Position numbers and translations under genes: made by a program. The notes below the pieces were generated by a model. The model saw only the letters and a program-made list of their open reading frames with translations, ran no database searches and was not told where the DNA came from. Shown piece after piece: positions 25,071 to 38,066 of a stretch of 64,000 bases of DNA. Positions within the stretch are counted from its first letter, which is position 1. Each line of letters begins with the position of its first letter. The DNA lies in contig CM082585.2 in NCBI GenBank assembly GCA_040954595.2, positions 5,481,808 to 5,545,807 of the forward strand, given 5' to 3'. This stretch comes from Balanoglossus misakiensis. Taxonomy: Eukaryota > Animalia > Hemichordata.

Positions 25071-27025
25071 GAAAAATCACATGAGAATCCCACATGGCAG
25101 ACTATTTGAATAAAGGGAATGTAGGAAATTAATCTCAAAAAGTGGACCTTTGTCTACATTTGTTTTTAATCCTAGATATATCTGCTTCCCAGTGTTATAA
25201 TGATGGAAACATTGTCTACATTGTGTCGGCCAGGCCAACATGCTGTGTTGATGAAGGAGTTGATATTCAAATTGATAATGTGTTACTAAATATATGTAGG
25301 TATTATTTACAAAAAACATTTCAAAGTGTTGTTCATGATTTGAATAACAATGTTTGTTTCTCACACAATTCCAACCTTTGGGGTGCTTAGGCGAAACTTG
25401 ATGTATAAATTCTTTGAGCGATTGAGACTCATTTTAGCAGTCCTCAACTGAGATGCAATATTTTATTTATCACATTTAAAACTTAACAGAGAGTTAGTTG
25501 ACTTGTTATTGTATTTTTTACGCGGTAACATTTAAAAAAAAATATATGTACTTTTTCTCTGTAAATATGGGATTCTTCATTTGATCTGTTTTCTGTAGTT
25601 AAATCACTGCTAAATTACTATTTCCCAGCTACAGTAAAAATAATTGGTTTAATTGTAGCAGTTGTCATAATGTATTGTTTTTCCTGTTTGTTTCCTTGAA
25701 ATAATTAATTGCTTTTTCCTGATTGGTTTATTTGAATGATTGCAAGTCTCTGATTGGCTGTTTCCTGCATTAAACACAGCTGCTCTCAATGTGCATACAT
25801 ATTCCTTTTATTCAAATCATTACCCATGTTGTTTACTATCAGATCTTGTTCCTTTGAAGCCCCAATAAAGCTGCCACTTTTACCATATTTTTCACTGTTT
25901 CAATCTTTTTCTTTGTCAATAGGCAACAACATTTTGAATTTGTAGAGATTTTCATTCCCTTGTACGCACAGCATGACAGTTATGTACTCTTGCAATGCAT
26001 GGCTAATTAAACGGGTGTGGCACCCGTTTATTATTGAGCATATTTGCATTTAAACAAAAGCCACCTCAGTGGTTCATAATGTTTTGGTGTCTACCCATCA
26101 GTAAGCTCATTGAAATGGACCAATCAAAGCTGGAATGTAAAAACATGAAAATAATGCAAAAATGGCAGCTACTGGGGGCTTTAAAAAATGAACTGTAAAC
26201 AGCAATGGCTTGTCCGGACCCCAGAGTCTCTTGTTTTTGAAAGATATCTTAATTCTAAAAACAAAGAAAGAGCACCATATATGTACAGGGTATTCTTTTG
26301 TGTTGGTGTGATGTAACACTTCATGCATTAATTATGATGTAACATCACATGAAAATGTTGCAAATTGTTTCTGTAGATCTGTAGATGCATGTCATTTGGT
26401 TAGACTAGAATTTTTGTCAAGGTGATGGGGTTTCAAAATTCTATTACCCTTTGTGCACTTTTCAGTGTGAAGTTAGGAGTTTATGTAATGCTTTGAATAA
26501 GTCATTCAGTTAAGGGGGCTATATGTTATGCACAAACTCCCTAGCTGTATGACTGCGAATGTAATTTACATAAAGAGTCCCTAACTTGCTTATGAAAAGT
26601 CATTTATTCCTTTTTCCACATTATGTCGATCACATAATATTTTTTTTCTAATTTATTGATAAAGAGCCATGATGACTGCAGGAACAGCAGAGCTCTCCTA
26701 TTTTTACTCTTCTTTACTACAGAAATTCTCTATTGTACAGCCTTTTATTGGAAATATTTGCAATAAAAATCTTCTTTTTGGCTTCTTGTACATAGTTCTG
26801 TACTTTGTGTTTTCTTCACCCATCATCGATGAAATGTCCCACAGTTCATCCAAAATCACAAATTAACCAAAGTTCGCAAAGTCGGGAATTCTTCACTTTT
26901 TGACAATTGTCATGAGCTATAACGCATGGAAAATTTTCATGAGCTATAACCCAGAAAATTCTGAAATTGTCGCAAACCCCATCCCCTCTGTTTGAAAGAT
27001 TTGCCGTCGCAAATGTCCAGTCCTC

Positions 27026-27043
27026 GCCCGCTAGGTGGCGCTA
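27026..27043 (+). promoter_or_regulatory. CTCF-like motif upstream of ZNF paralog 2 ATG
   Basis: Identical gcccgctaggtggcgcta. Confidence 0.6.
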
Positions 27044-27078
27044 TCCAATGACCCCATGACCTTTAACCTATTGCAAAA

Positions 27079-29417
27079 ATGGAGGAAGCCAGGAGCACAA
27101 TCATGCTGAGCAGGCTGTCGACAAGTGGAAACCGAGAAGACACGACACCAAGGAGTTGTTTTAGCATGTGGAACCAGTTGACAAGTGCTGGTTTGTATCT
27201 ATTATTATGTGTGCTCGTCTTAAGTTCGAGAAATCACTCGCAGCTCGAGGTTTTGTGTGGACCACCTCGAAAGATTTGTCGTGCGACTGTGACCTCGAGC
27301 TACGCCAGCATTGCTGCAGTTTTGCAGCCCCTCCGTCTCCCCTGGACGATTTTTGTTTTTTTTTACGGGGAGAGGGCGGGTCCAGGGGAGATGGAGGGGC
27401 TGCAAAACTGCAGCAAAGTCATGCTGGGACTGCATTGTCGCGAAATCCTCTGATGGATAGAATATGTGAATGATTGAATGCTTAATGCCCTATTCTTTCA
27501 GAATGTTCTGAAGTGTGGAAGCAGTACAAACATTCAAATGCGTTATTTGAAATTGCCAGCCAGTTGGAAACATCACATGGGGAAGTACGGCATCGATTTG
27601 ATGTTGGCGCTGAATCCTTTGATGGTAAGTAAACATACACTTTTACTGTTACATAATCTAATATCTACATGTATTACCAGGTTCAGACAGGGAACATTTT
27701 GAGACACTATTTGCCTATGGTAAACACAGAACATGTCCTTGACGTCTGCCAAATGTATGGGTAATGAAAAAATATACGACCATGGCCACTGTTGCTAACT
27801 ACATGTGCTAGTACAATGGTGCTAGTATGTCATCAGCATACAGACCAGTTTGTTGAAATCTACAATATCTTCTTTTTCCCCTGTGATACAAGTTTTTTAA
27901 CCCTTTTTTGTTTCCATCCAACAGATGTGTCATTGATAATCCACACCCTGGCACACTTTGGCCATATTGAAGTGAACCCACAGGATGATGTCATCAGTGG
28001 AGATGTTGAACAAGAACTTGGGAAAGCACAGGTGCTGCATTATGATGGCCAAACTGGACAGTGCCAGAGATGGTCAGCCCTGGATGAGTGTATTCCTGCC
28101 AGCAGTGAGAATGATGAGTTCGAGGCACAGCCCTGCAGCCAGACAAGACCTGACTGTTTCAGGAACAGCACATTTCCAACACCTTCTGAACAGGCTGGTG
28201 AACTTCAGGGACATCAACATCCAGAAACACAAAATTCGCATGAAGCCCCACCTCCTCACGGGATTGAAATGATTGAAACAAATACAACTATCTCAAGACA
28301 TGTACACTCAGCTGGGAAGGAATTTTCAAGCACTGAACATACCTATGTGAAAGAGCGCACGCGGATCCATTCAAACAGAAGACATTTTGTATGCAGTGAA
28401 TGTGGGAAAACATTCACTCAGAGTGGCACTCTCAAAATACACATGAGGATACATACAAATGAAAGACCATATTTATGTAGTGAATGTGGCAAATCTTTTA
28501 CACGAAGTGGCAGTCTGAAGGAACACATGAGGATCCATTCAAATGAAAGACCGTATTCATGCAGTGAATGTGGCAAATCTTTTAAACGGAATGTCGATCT
28601 GAAGGAACACATAAGGATCCATTCAAATGAAAGACCATATTCATGTAGTGAATGTGGGAAAACTTTTACACGGAGTAGTGGTCTGAAGGAACACTTAAGG
28701 ATCCATTCAAATGAAAGACCATATTCATGTAGTGAATGTGGCAAATCTTTTATACAAAGTGGCGGTCTGAAGGAACACTTAAAGATCCATTCAAATGAAA
28801 GACCATTTTCATGTAGTGAATGTGGCAAATCTTTTTTACGAAGTGGCAGTCTGAAGGAACACTTTAGGATCCATTCAAATGAAAGACCATTTTCATGTAG
28901 TGAATGTGGCAAATCTTTTTCACGAAGTGGCAATCTGAAGGAACACTTAAAGATCCATTCAAATGAAAGACCATATTCATGTAGTGAATGTGGCAAATCT
29001 TTTATACAAAGTGGCAGTCTGAAGAAACACTTTAAGATCCATTCAAATGAAAGACCATTTTCATGTAGTGAATGTGGCAAATCTTTTTCACGAAGTGGCA
29101 ATCTGAAGGAACACTTAAAGATCCATTCAAATGAAAGACCATATTCATGTAGTGAATGTGGCAAATCTTTTATACAAAGTGGCAGTCTGAAGAAACACTT
29201 TAAGATCCATTCAAATGAAATACCATATTCATGTAGTGAATGTGGCAAATCTTTTACACGAAGTGGCAGTCTGAAGGAACACTTTAGGATCCATTCAAAT
29301 GAAAGACCATTTGCATGCAGTGAATGTGGCAACACTTTCACAGCACGTAGCACTCTGAAGAAACACATGAGGCTTCATTCAAGTGAAAGACCAAGCATTC
29401 ACAAGGAACAGAGTTGA
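27079..29417 (+). CDS. C2H2 zinc-finger protein, 12 tandem fingers (paralog 2), 3 exons
   Basis: Exons 27079-27190, 27502-27624 and 27925-29417; same structure as paralog 1, 12 fingers, same C-terminus (HKEQS). Confidence 0.9.
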
Positions 29418-31103
29418 GAAGAATCACATGAGAATCCCACATGGCAGACTATTTGAATAAAGGGAATGTAGGAAATTAATCTCAAAAAGTGGACCTTTGT
29501 CTACATTTGTTTTTAATCCTAGATATATCTGCTTCCCAGTGTTATAATGATGGAAACATTGTCTACATTATGTCGGCCAGGCCAACATGCTGTGTTGATG
29601 AAGGAGTTGATATTCAAATTGATAATGTGTTGCTAAATATATCTAGGTATTATTTACAAAAAAAATTCAAACTGTTATTCATGATTTGAATAACAATTTG
29701 TTTCTCACACAATTCCAACCTTTGGGGTGCTTAGGCGAAACTTGATGTATAAATTCTTTGAGCAATTGAGAAATAGCTGTAACGGACTCATTTTAGCAGT
29801 CCTCAACTCAGATGCAATATTTTATTTATCACATTTAAAACTTAACAGAGAGTGAGTTGACTTGTTATTGTATTTTGTACGCAGTAACATTTAAAAAAAA
29901 ATATGTGTACTTTTTCTCTGTAAATATGGGATTCTTCATTTCCTGAAATAAAGCTTAATTATAATATCAATGAACTATGAGTGTCTACTACTAAAAGTAT
30001 GTTTTACTAGTTTTTATAGCTCTCACAAGATTTGTGCGATGTCACCCACCACCAGGGTCTCAACCCCAGCATAAGTGAAACAGAGATATTTGATCTGTTT
30101 TCTGTAGTCAAATCACTGCTAAACTACTATTTCCCAGCTACAGTAAAAATAATTGGTTTCATTGTATCAGTTGTCATAATGTATTGTTTTTCCTGTTTGT
30201 TTCCTTGAAATAATTAATTGGTTTTTCCTGATTGGTTCATTTGAATTATTGCAAGTCCCTGATTGGCTGCTTCCTGCATTAAACACAGCTGCTCTCAATG
30301 AGCATACATATTCATTTTATTCAAATCATTACCTATGTTGTTTACTATCAGTGATCTGTGATTGGTCAGTCTGCCCAGGCAAAATTTGTTTATCAATAGG
30401 TGCACAAAAATTACGAATAAATTACTCAAGTCAGACCTTCTGAGGCAGCAGTGGTGGTTCCAGTCACATTTTTCATGTCCCCATTTTCTCCGACTTCCCA
30501 GTGAAAAAACTCAATTTTACCCTCCCCATTTTCCATGCTTGGTGTTGCTGTCCGCTGAAGAAGTTACTACATTGATTTTGAGGTAAGTCATGGCTTTGTT
30601 TTCCCTTTGGGAACAGAACTCAATGTTTCAGTGCAAGTCTGGCGAAATTGTCCAGGAATATTTTGCGAGTATCCATTGTATGGGGGGGGGGTGTCTTTTG
30701 CTCAAGCATGGCATGGAGAATTTGCTGTTCAGTTTGTGCCAGTGGCTGCACACACTTTGTTCAACTTTGCTTCACTACAAAGTTCAAAACATACCAGTTT
30801 ATGTAGCTCTAAATTCACAAATGCAACTTGTGGGAATTTCATTTCTGTTATTTTAGTGGTGAATTTGCCTTCATTCAACTGATTTTTCTTTTGTTTGCTT
30901 TACTTAGAACATTGTGGATGCAACACTTCACCAAGCCCAACTGAACGTGTGTGGTCTTCAATGGAGCAGTGAAGGTACGTCACTCATTACAGTTACTAAG
31001 ATTCAGTCAGTTAGAAATATTGATGGCAGACAATCGAGTTCATGTTGACTCGCTAGATAATTTAAGTTCGTTGGAGCAGTTGTCCAAAATTATTCAGTGC
31101 AAC

Positions 31104-31136
31104 CACAGGGAACTTAGTAATTTTGTTATTGTTATT

Positions 31137-31169
<33 letters not shown>

Positions 31170-31508
31170 AAGATTGGTAATAAAATTTTTAAAAAAATCA
31201 ATGTTCATTTCTTGCTATGTTTGTCGATGTTGTAGATAACTGTAAAAAAAACCCAACCATAATCGTGGAAAACACGACCTAGGTCGCCGAATGTCAATAC
31301 CGCCTGTATGTAAGACGGTAGTGACATTCGGCGACCTAGGTCGTGTTTTCCACGATTATGGTTGGGTTTTTTTTACAGTTATCTACAACATCGACAAACA
31401 TAGCAAGAAATGAACATTGATTTTTTTTTAAATTTTATTACCAATCTTAACAACAACAACAACAACAACAACAACAATAACAATAACAAAATTACTAAGT
31501 TCCCTGTG
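31104..31508. mobile_element. Foldback/palindromic non-autonomous DNA element (~200-bp arms, <10-nt loop) with 7-bp TSD
   Basis: Starts CACAGGG and ends CCCTGTG; the arms are near-perfect reverse complements including a (GTT)n/(AAC)n tract; GTGCAAC flanks both sides (31097-31103, 31509-31515). Confidence 0.88.
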
Positions 31509-32205
31509 GTGCAACAACAACAAAGTTGCACAGGGCAAGCCCTTTGAAGAAAATAACAATAGGCCATTTTCATGACCCCAACATATTGGCTTTCTATTGG
31601 TACAAATCCATCAGTCAGCAAGAAGTACAAATTTTGCACTTTTGAAGTTATTTTGAATCATCTTTATTTTGTACAAACTGTTGATATCAAAGAAAGGTCA
31701 AAAAGAGCAACTTTCATTTTGACTTGGTTTCCTCAAATAAATAAACATTGCCACATAGTAGTATTTGGGCGTATTTCAAAAAGTCAAATGACATAGAAAT
31801 CTTCATTTCAAAATAGGTCAACAGAGCAGATTTGTTCCTTTAGTAATGAACAATCAAGGAATAAAATCCTAAGGAAATTGTGATATATGCTTAACAGTGG
31901 TGTGCTTTTGTTCTTTGTGGGATGTGTGTGGGCAATGCCAAGTTCACATGTGTTAAAAGTAGGTTAATCAATGATGAGACATACATTCTAACTTTTGAAT
32001 AACCTTTTTTGCTGAAGTTAGAAAAATTAATAATTATTCATTTAACGCAAACAATATAGCAAGGTTGTCTGGATAGCAATATGAAGCAACAGTCTTGGTG
32101 CATGGTCATCTTATATTAGACCATCCCCAGAGGTTTTACTGATCTCTGTGGCTGTTGTGAGGCTGTCTGGATAGCCTATGAAATTACAGCAAATTTTGTC
32201 AAATT

Positions 32206-33493
32206 AATTAAGTGCTGCCATTCTAGAAATATATCACTAGTTATAAATTGATTGATAATACTAATGATAGACAATACCAAAAAAAAATAACTCAAGCAAG
32301 TTCCATAAATAAGGCAAATAATGACCCTAGATTTATATTAGTGTTAACATTAAATTTGGCGGCCATTTTGAATTTCAAATTTGAGAGAAATTAAGTGCAG
32401 TCATTCTAGAATTAGATCACTCGTTATAAATTCATAGATAATACTAATGATAGACAATACCAAAAAAAATATAACTCTCAAGCAAGTTCCATAAATTAGG
32501 CAAATAATGACCCTAGATTTATATTTGTGTTAACATTAAATTTGGCGGCCATTTTGAATTTCAAATTTGAGATAAGTTAAGTGCAGTCATTCTAGAAATA
32601 TATCACTCGTTATAAATTCATTGATAATACTAATGATAGACAATACAAAAAAACATAACTCTCAAGCAAGTTCCATAAATTAGGCAAATAATGACCCTAG
32701 ATTTACATTTGTGTTAACATTAAATTTGGCGGCCATTTTGAATTTGAGATAAATTAAGTGCAGTCATTCTAGAAATATATTACTCGTTATAAATTCATAG
32801 ATAATACTAATGATAGACAATACCAAAAAAAAAAATAACTCTCAAGCAAGTTCCATAAATTAGGCAAATAATGACCCTAGATTTATATTTGTGTTAACAT
32901 TAAATTTGGTGGCCATTTTGAATTTCAAATTTGAGAGAAATTTAGTGCAGTCATTCTAGAATTAGATCACTCGTTATAAATTCATAGATAATACTAATGA
33001 TAGACAATACCAAAAAAAAAAATAACTCTCAAGCAAGTTCCATAAATTAGGCAAATAATGACCCTAGATTTATATTTGTGTTAACATTAAATTTAGCAGC
33101 CATTTTGAACTTCAAATTTAAGATAAATTAAGTGCAGTCATTTTAGAAATATATCACTCGTTATAAATTCATTGATAATACTAATGATAGACAATGCCAA
33201 AAAAATAACTCTCAAGCAAGTTTCATAAATTAGGCAAATAATGACCCTAGATTTATATAAGTGTTAACGTTAAATTTGGCGGCCATTTTGAATTTCAAAT
33301 TTGAGAGAAATTAAGTGCAGTCATTCTAGAAATATACCACTTGTTATAAATTCATTGATAATACTAATGAGAGACAATACTAAAAATAACTCTCAAGCAA
33401 GTTCCATAAATTAGGCAAATAATGACCCTAGATTAATATTAGTGTTAACATTTAATTTGGCGGCCATTTTGAATTTCAAATTTGAGAAAAATT
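32206..33493. repeat. ~183-bp AT-rich tandem satellite, 7 copies
   Basis: Units start at about 32206, 32389, 32575, 32752, 32939, 33126 and 33309; each has aatgaccctagatt and a (gg)cggccattttgaa-type motif. Confidence 0.95.
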
Positions 33494-34792
33494 GGCTGTC
33501 TAATTCGAAACTATTTTGCATGAATAAACCTCAATTTTTATTCAGATCTGAGGGTAAAATTATACATGAAGTTGCCTTTAGCTGAATATGAGAAAAAGTT
33601 TAACACCTTGATTTTTGAGGCGTATACTTTCTTAAGGGATGATAATTTCTAGTAAAGTTCCCTTTAAGCAGGAAATGATGAAAAGCATAAGACTTTGATC
33701 CAGTACCTACAACAGCATACCGGTTATATTTTAAATGATAGTAAGGTCAAATTGCTTAATACAATGAATTTACATTTTGAATCAAATTTTAGCCGACTTC
33801 AGTAAGTTTTGTGACTTGTGTACATTAATTTTTATAATAAATTTCTGGCATGGTCCATCATTGCAGGTAGCGTGTAAAACTTTTCACATCTTCAATAAAC
33901 CAACTTCTTTAATCCCTGAATCATGTCATAGGTCACAGGCATATTTATAATAAACCTCCATTATGTGTAATTGTAGTTTAATATTACTAGTACCCAGAAG
34001 AAAAATGTCCAAAAATCACAGACAAAAATATTGTCAGGATCCAACCACAAAGCGAGAGCAGACAACTTATCTCTTGAATAGTGCAGGTTTTCTTTATTCA
34101 AATTTTAAAAATTAGCTGACAAGTGCGAAAAGCTCTTGTACAATCAAAACATTCATAAAATTGTTCACATGAAAAATAAAGATTAAAGTAGCTCATAAAA
34201 GACTGTAAAAACTGATGACTGAAACAAAACAGATTTAAAACTTAGGACTTTCTACTATTTAATAGATTGTATATAATGTAATAGATTGTCTTCTGAGCTG
34301 TTGTCATGGTAATTGTAAAATATAGCTTCTGAACTGAGCATACTTTGAACTATTTCGTCCACAAATTTTCTGAACAATGGCGTCTCTGCGTTATGCTGCA
34401 GTAAGCTGGGTATAAAAATAAAACTTGATTAAATAAACAAAATGTAGTTAATGATTTATATAAATTGTTGACAAATACTGTAGTAGTATAACTTCGCATA
34501 GTATAATAAATCAAATTAAAATTTTCCATGTAATTCATGTGTGTGAGAGACTAGAATGTGTGTGGAATGCTGTGTCTATAAGGTAATCCTAATCTATGCA
34601 AGATCTTTTCATATGTAGAATTGTTTTTTGCATATGAAAAGATTTTGCATAGATTAGGATACCCATCATGCAGTGGTAAAAAAATGTTCACTCGACTCAA
34701 CCGTAGTAAGAGTTAGGTATGGATTTTATTAGTTTTTTTTCAACTTCGGTGGGATGGTAAGGGTGGTGCGGGTGGTGGGCGGGGTTTAAAAA

Positions 34793-35692
34793 AAAACTTA
34801 GAAATTTTTTTGAGAGTCCCTCCTCCCTTGTATTTAAAAAAAATCTTATTCAAGTATAGAGGGGACCCTTTCAAGTATACCGGAGTCCGGAAGTTATTTT
34901 GAAAAAAATACTTAGAAATTTTCAAAATAACTTAGAAATTTTTTTTGAGAGTCACTCCTCCCTTGTATTTAAAAAAATAACTTATTCAAGTATAGAGGTG
35001 ACCCTTGAAAGGTTCCCTTCTATACTTATACTTACTCTTATACTTACTTTCTAATTTTCAGCTTATCCAGACTTGGACTTCGGCTGGACAAACTGCTATT
35101 CAAAGACAGCTCCTACAACAACAAGTGAATACTAGTTGAATTTCAATACTCTGGTTTTGTCATGATTTTACAGAAACGAAATAAATGATATAAAATAAAA
35201 TAAAATACTATCTTTGTGTGATTTTTCAGTGAAGATGAGTATGATGTATAATAAAAGGCCAATGCTTTTAAAAAAACGTTTTCACGATTTACTCTTTATA
35301 AGTCAGTTAAAAATACTTAGAAATTTTTTCAGGATTTAATCTCTACTTTAATTTAAAAAAATACTTAGAAATTTTCACGATTTACTCTTTACATTCAGTT
35401 AAAAATACTTAGAATTTTTTTCAGGATTTAATCTCTACTTTCATTTAAAAAAAAATACTTAGAAATTTTTCCGCGATTTATTCTCTACTTTCATTAAAAA
35501 AATACTTAGAATTTTTTCAGGATTTACTCTTTACATTCAGTTAAAAATACTTAGAAATTTTTCCGCGATTTACTCTCTACTTTCATTAAAAAAAATACTT
35601 AGAAATTTTTTCAGGATTTACTCTTTACATTCAGTTAAAAATACTTAGAATTTTTTTCAGGATTTACTCTCTACATTCAGTTAAAAATACTT
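34793..35692. repeat. Composite AT-rich repeat block (two ~135-bp-spaced units at ~34795/34929, and ~45-50-bp tandem units at 35280-35692)
   Basis: Shared core aaatacttagaaatttt; units such as aaaatacttagaaattttttcaggatttactctttacattcagtta. Confidence 0.85.
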
Positions 35693-36566
35693 TTTATATA
35701 AAAATATTTTTTTTTCTATGGACTTAAAGATTGGTGGCCATTTTGAATTTCAAATTAGAGATGATTCCACTTATAATTTAAAACATTGCATGGTGATCCC
35801 TTACTTTCATTGTAACTTTAAATAATCTAAAGATGTCATGAGCACAAACTTTCACTGACTTTTTGAGCCACCTTATACATGAACTAATTTCAATTTAAAA
35901 GTAAACTTATTACAAAATGGACCGATAGGCTTCTAACAATCTTAAATCCTGACATTGTGAAAAACTAAAAAAAAAGATGAGAGAGTAACACATCAGAAGG
36001 AGAAACAATCATTGACAGAAAGAATGATGGATACAATGGGAACTATTTTGTGATTAAAAGATATTTGGACATACATAATTGTAAATTCTATGAAACTGCA
36101 TTGACATTTTTGCAAATTGCCAGGAGAGATATTAGAATAACGTTTTTGTTATCACAAAGTAGTTTCTGGTGTGTGAATGACAGTGAGATAAAGGAAGGGA
36201 TCTTGGATCCAGTGTGTGTGTGTGTGTGATTGAGAATTCAGTATTACCAGATGCAGTGCTCTTGAATCCTATAAACTACGTCTGAGCAAGCATTAAGTTG
36301 ATTTCACCTTGACTTAACTCACTGCAATGCAAATAGAAAAAAAATCAGGGTAAGATGAATCCTATTTGAGTCAGTAGTTTGGGATGGAATAATTGTGTCA
36401 TTTCAGAGGTCAGTAAAAAAAACTTCACACGCCCCGAGTATTTCTCTTCAAAAAAATTACAAGGAAGAGAATAATTTTTCTTTCTGGCCTAAGTACTATT
36501 ATTAACTGCAATACAGCATTTCTCGATTAGAAGTTTGGTCCGAACTTCCGAGGAAAGAATTGACAA

Positions 36567-36583
36567 CAGCGCCCTCTTGTGTT
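36567..36583 (-). promoter_or_regulatory. CTCF-like motif, reverse orientation
   Basis: The minus strand reads aacacaagagggcgctg. Confidence 0.45.
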
Positions 36584-37050
36584 AGAATTCAAAGCCACCC
36601 AGGAGAATGCATGTGCATAGCCTTCAGAGTCAGCCAAGAAAAACAGAAATCCATCAAGCGTGTTGATAAAAGGACACTAAAAATACGAAGCAGAACACCC
36701 GGGGTTGAACTAAGTAAATACAGTGGCAAGGAAATGTTATCTTTGGTTAATTAGTGGTCAAAGCTTAACCACTCTGACACATTATACATGCAATACTTCA
36801 TCATGCATACCTAACTTTTCTTTGTTCACTTCAAGTACCCAAATTTTCAAATTTCAAATATTGAATTTTTAAGGGAAACAGCTTAGGAAAAATACAATAC
36901 AAACTACTATAATCTATAATAGTACGTTGTAATCTTTATCAATCTAGATTAGATTAATACATAGGCCAATTTTCAACACACACAAAATAAAACTTTGGAA
37001 ATTAAGACAACTGGTTGAAGTGAAGAATGTGAGCCCTACAATTGATTATA

Positions 37051-37767
37051 CAGTAAAACCTGACAAAACCGACCCCTGGGTAAACCGACTTCCTGTGAAA
37101 ATCGACCGATCCGTTTAGTCCCGAAAATTTCCCATTGACGCCAATGGTTAAAGTCACTCTGAATACCGACCACTGTCTACTTCGAACACCGACCGCGTTG
37201 GTCGGTCCCACCCCTCAAATTCAACCGGAATAGACCGACCGATCACTTTATTGTAAAGGTTGAAATCATGTCTTTGATCAAAAATTACCGCAACGATGTG
37301 CTAATTTTGGTTTTCCTGTCTTCCAAACAATAGTCAAAGCAACGGTTTGTCAACACTTCGTTAGCAATTTACTGATAAGCCTTCCCGGTGGCGAGGTGTG
37401 AATCTCTTTTTGTAAACAATACAGTGTACAACCAACATTCTGCCGATGCGATCGTAACAATACCGTGTACGTCTTCCTGTTTACCCACTCAGCACGCGAA
37501 CGAACTTGAATTTACTTTTTTTATTTTCAACAATTTTCAGAAATTACACTGTACAGAAGTTTTTTAATTACCTTTTATTTGAAATATACATGAATGTACA
37601 ACGTGTACATATCGTGCGTGTGTCTGCTGTGCACTGTGTGTATGAGATCGGGGTCAAAGGGTTCATGGGGAGGAGGAAGCCACGCCCACTCTGAGTAAAC
37701 CGACCCACTGTGAAAACCGACCAGAATGTGTGGTCCGAGGTGAGGTCGGTTTTGCCAGGTTTCACTG
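37051..37767. mobile_element. Tc1/mariner-pogo-type non-autonomous element with TA TSD
   Basis: ta|CAGTAAAACCTGACAAAACCGACC...GGTCGGTTTTGCCAGGTTTCACTG|ta (24-bp TIR, 2 mismatches); repeated internal accgac motifs. Confidence 0.88.
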
Positions 37768-38066
37768 TACATGTACTATTACTATATCAAGTTTACCTTA
37801 TTAATCACAATTCTTCGTTTGTCAATCACAGGAAAAGAAGATACCCTGGATGGATGTGATCTCAGTTCGGCACAGCAGACCCCTTTTATATTCCCAGCCT
37901 CCAGGAACTCCACTCACAGCACATCGTGACACCAAACAGACAGAAAGCACCTACAGAAAATTGGACAACAGTGAAATTGGTTTACAAAATAACATTGTCA
38001 ATCAAGATCTGTAAAGTTGAATTTAATGTATCAGGGAATTATTAAGGAATAAAAAATTCAAACCAA

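Larger units (their letters stand above)
21285..30350 (+). repeat. Tandem segmental duplication, ~4.55 kb unit (copy 1 ~21285-25840, copy 2 ~25840-30350), each copy with one ZNF gene
   Basis: Near-identical non-coding sequence at an offset of ~4.55 kb; for example the ORFs at 22123 and 26669 translate identically and the 3' UTRs match. The junction lies around cagatct at ~25840. Confidence 0.95.

Noticed and set aside
23819-29368. Long minus-strand ORFs (204, 193, 316 aa)
   Set aside because: Antisense shadows of the repetitive zinc-finger exons.
22525-29417. PRDM9 identity for the ZNF genes
   Set aside because: No PR/SET, KRAB or SSXRD sequence found; only the array style is similar.
36624-36805. 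C/D box snoRNA candidates (here on minus; also ~691-788 and ~31971-32015 on plus)
   Set aside because: Box spacing is atypical or the terminal stem is missing, and no convincing rRNA guide was recognised.
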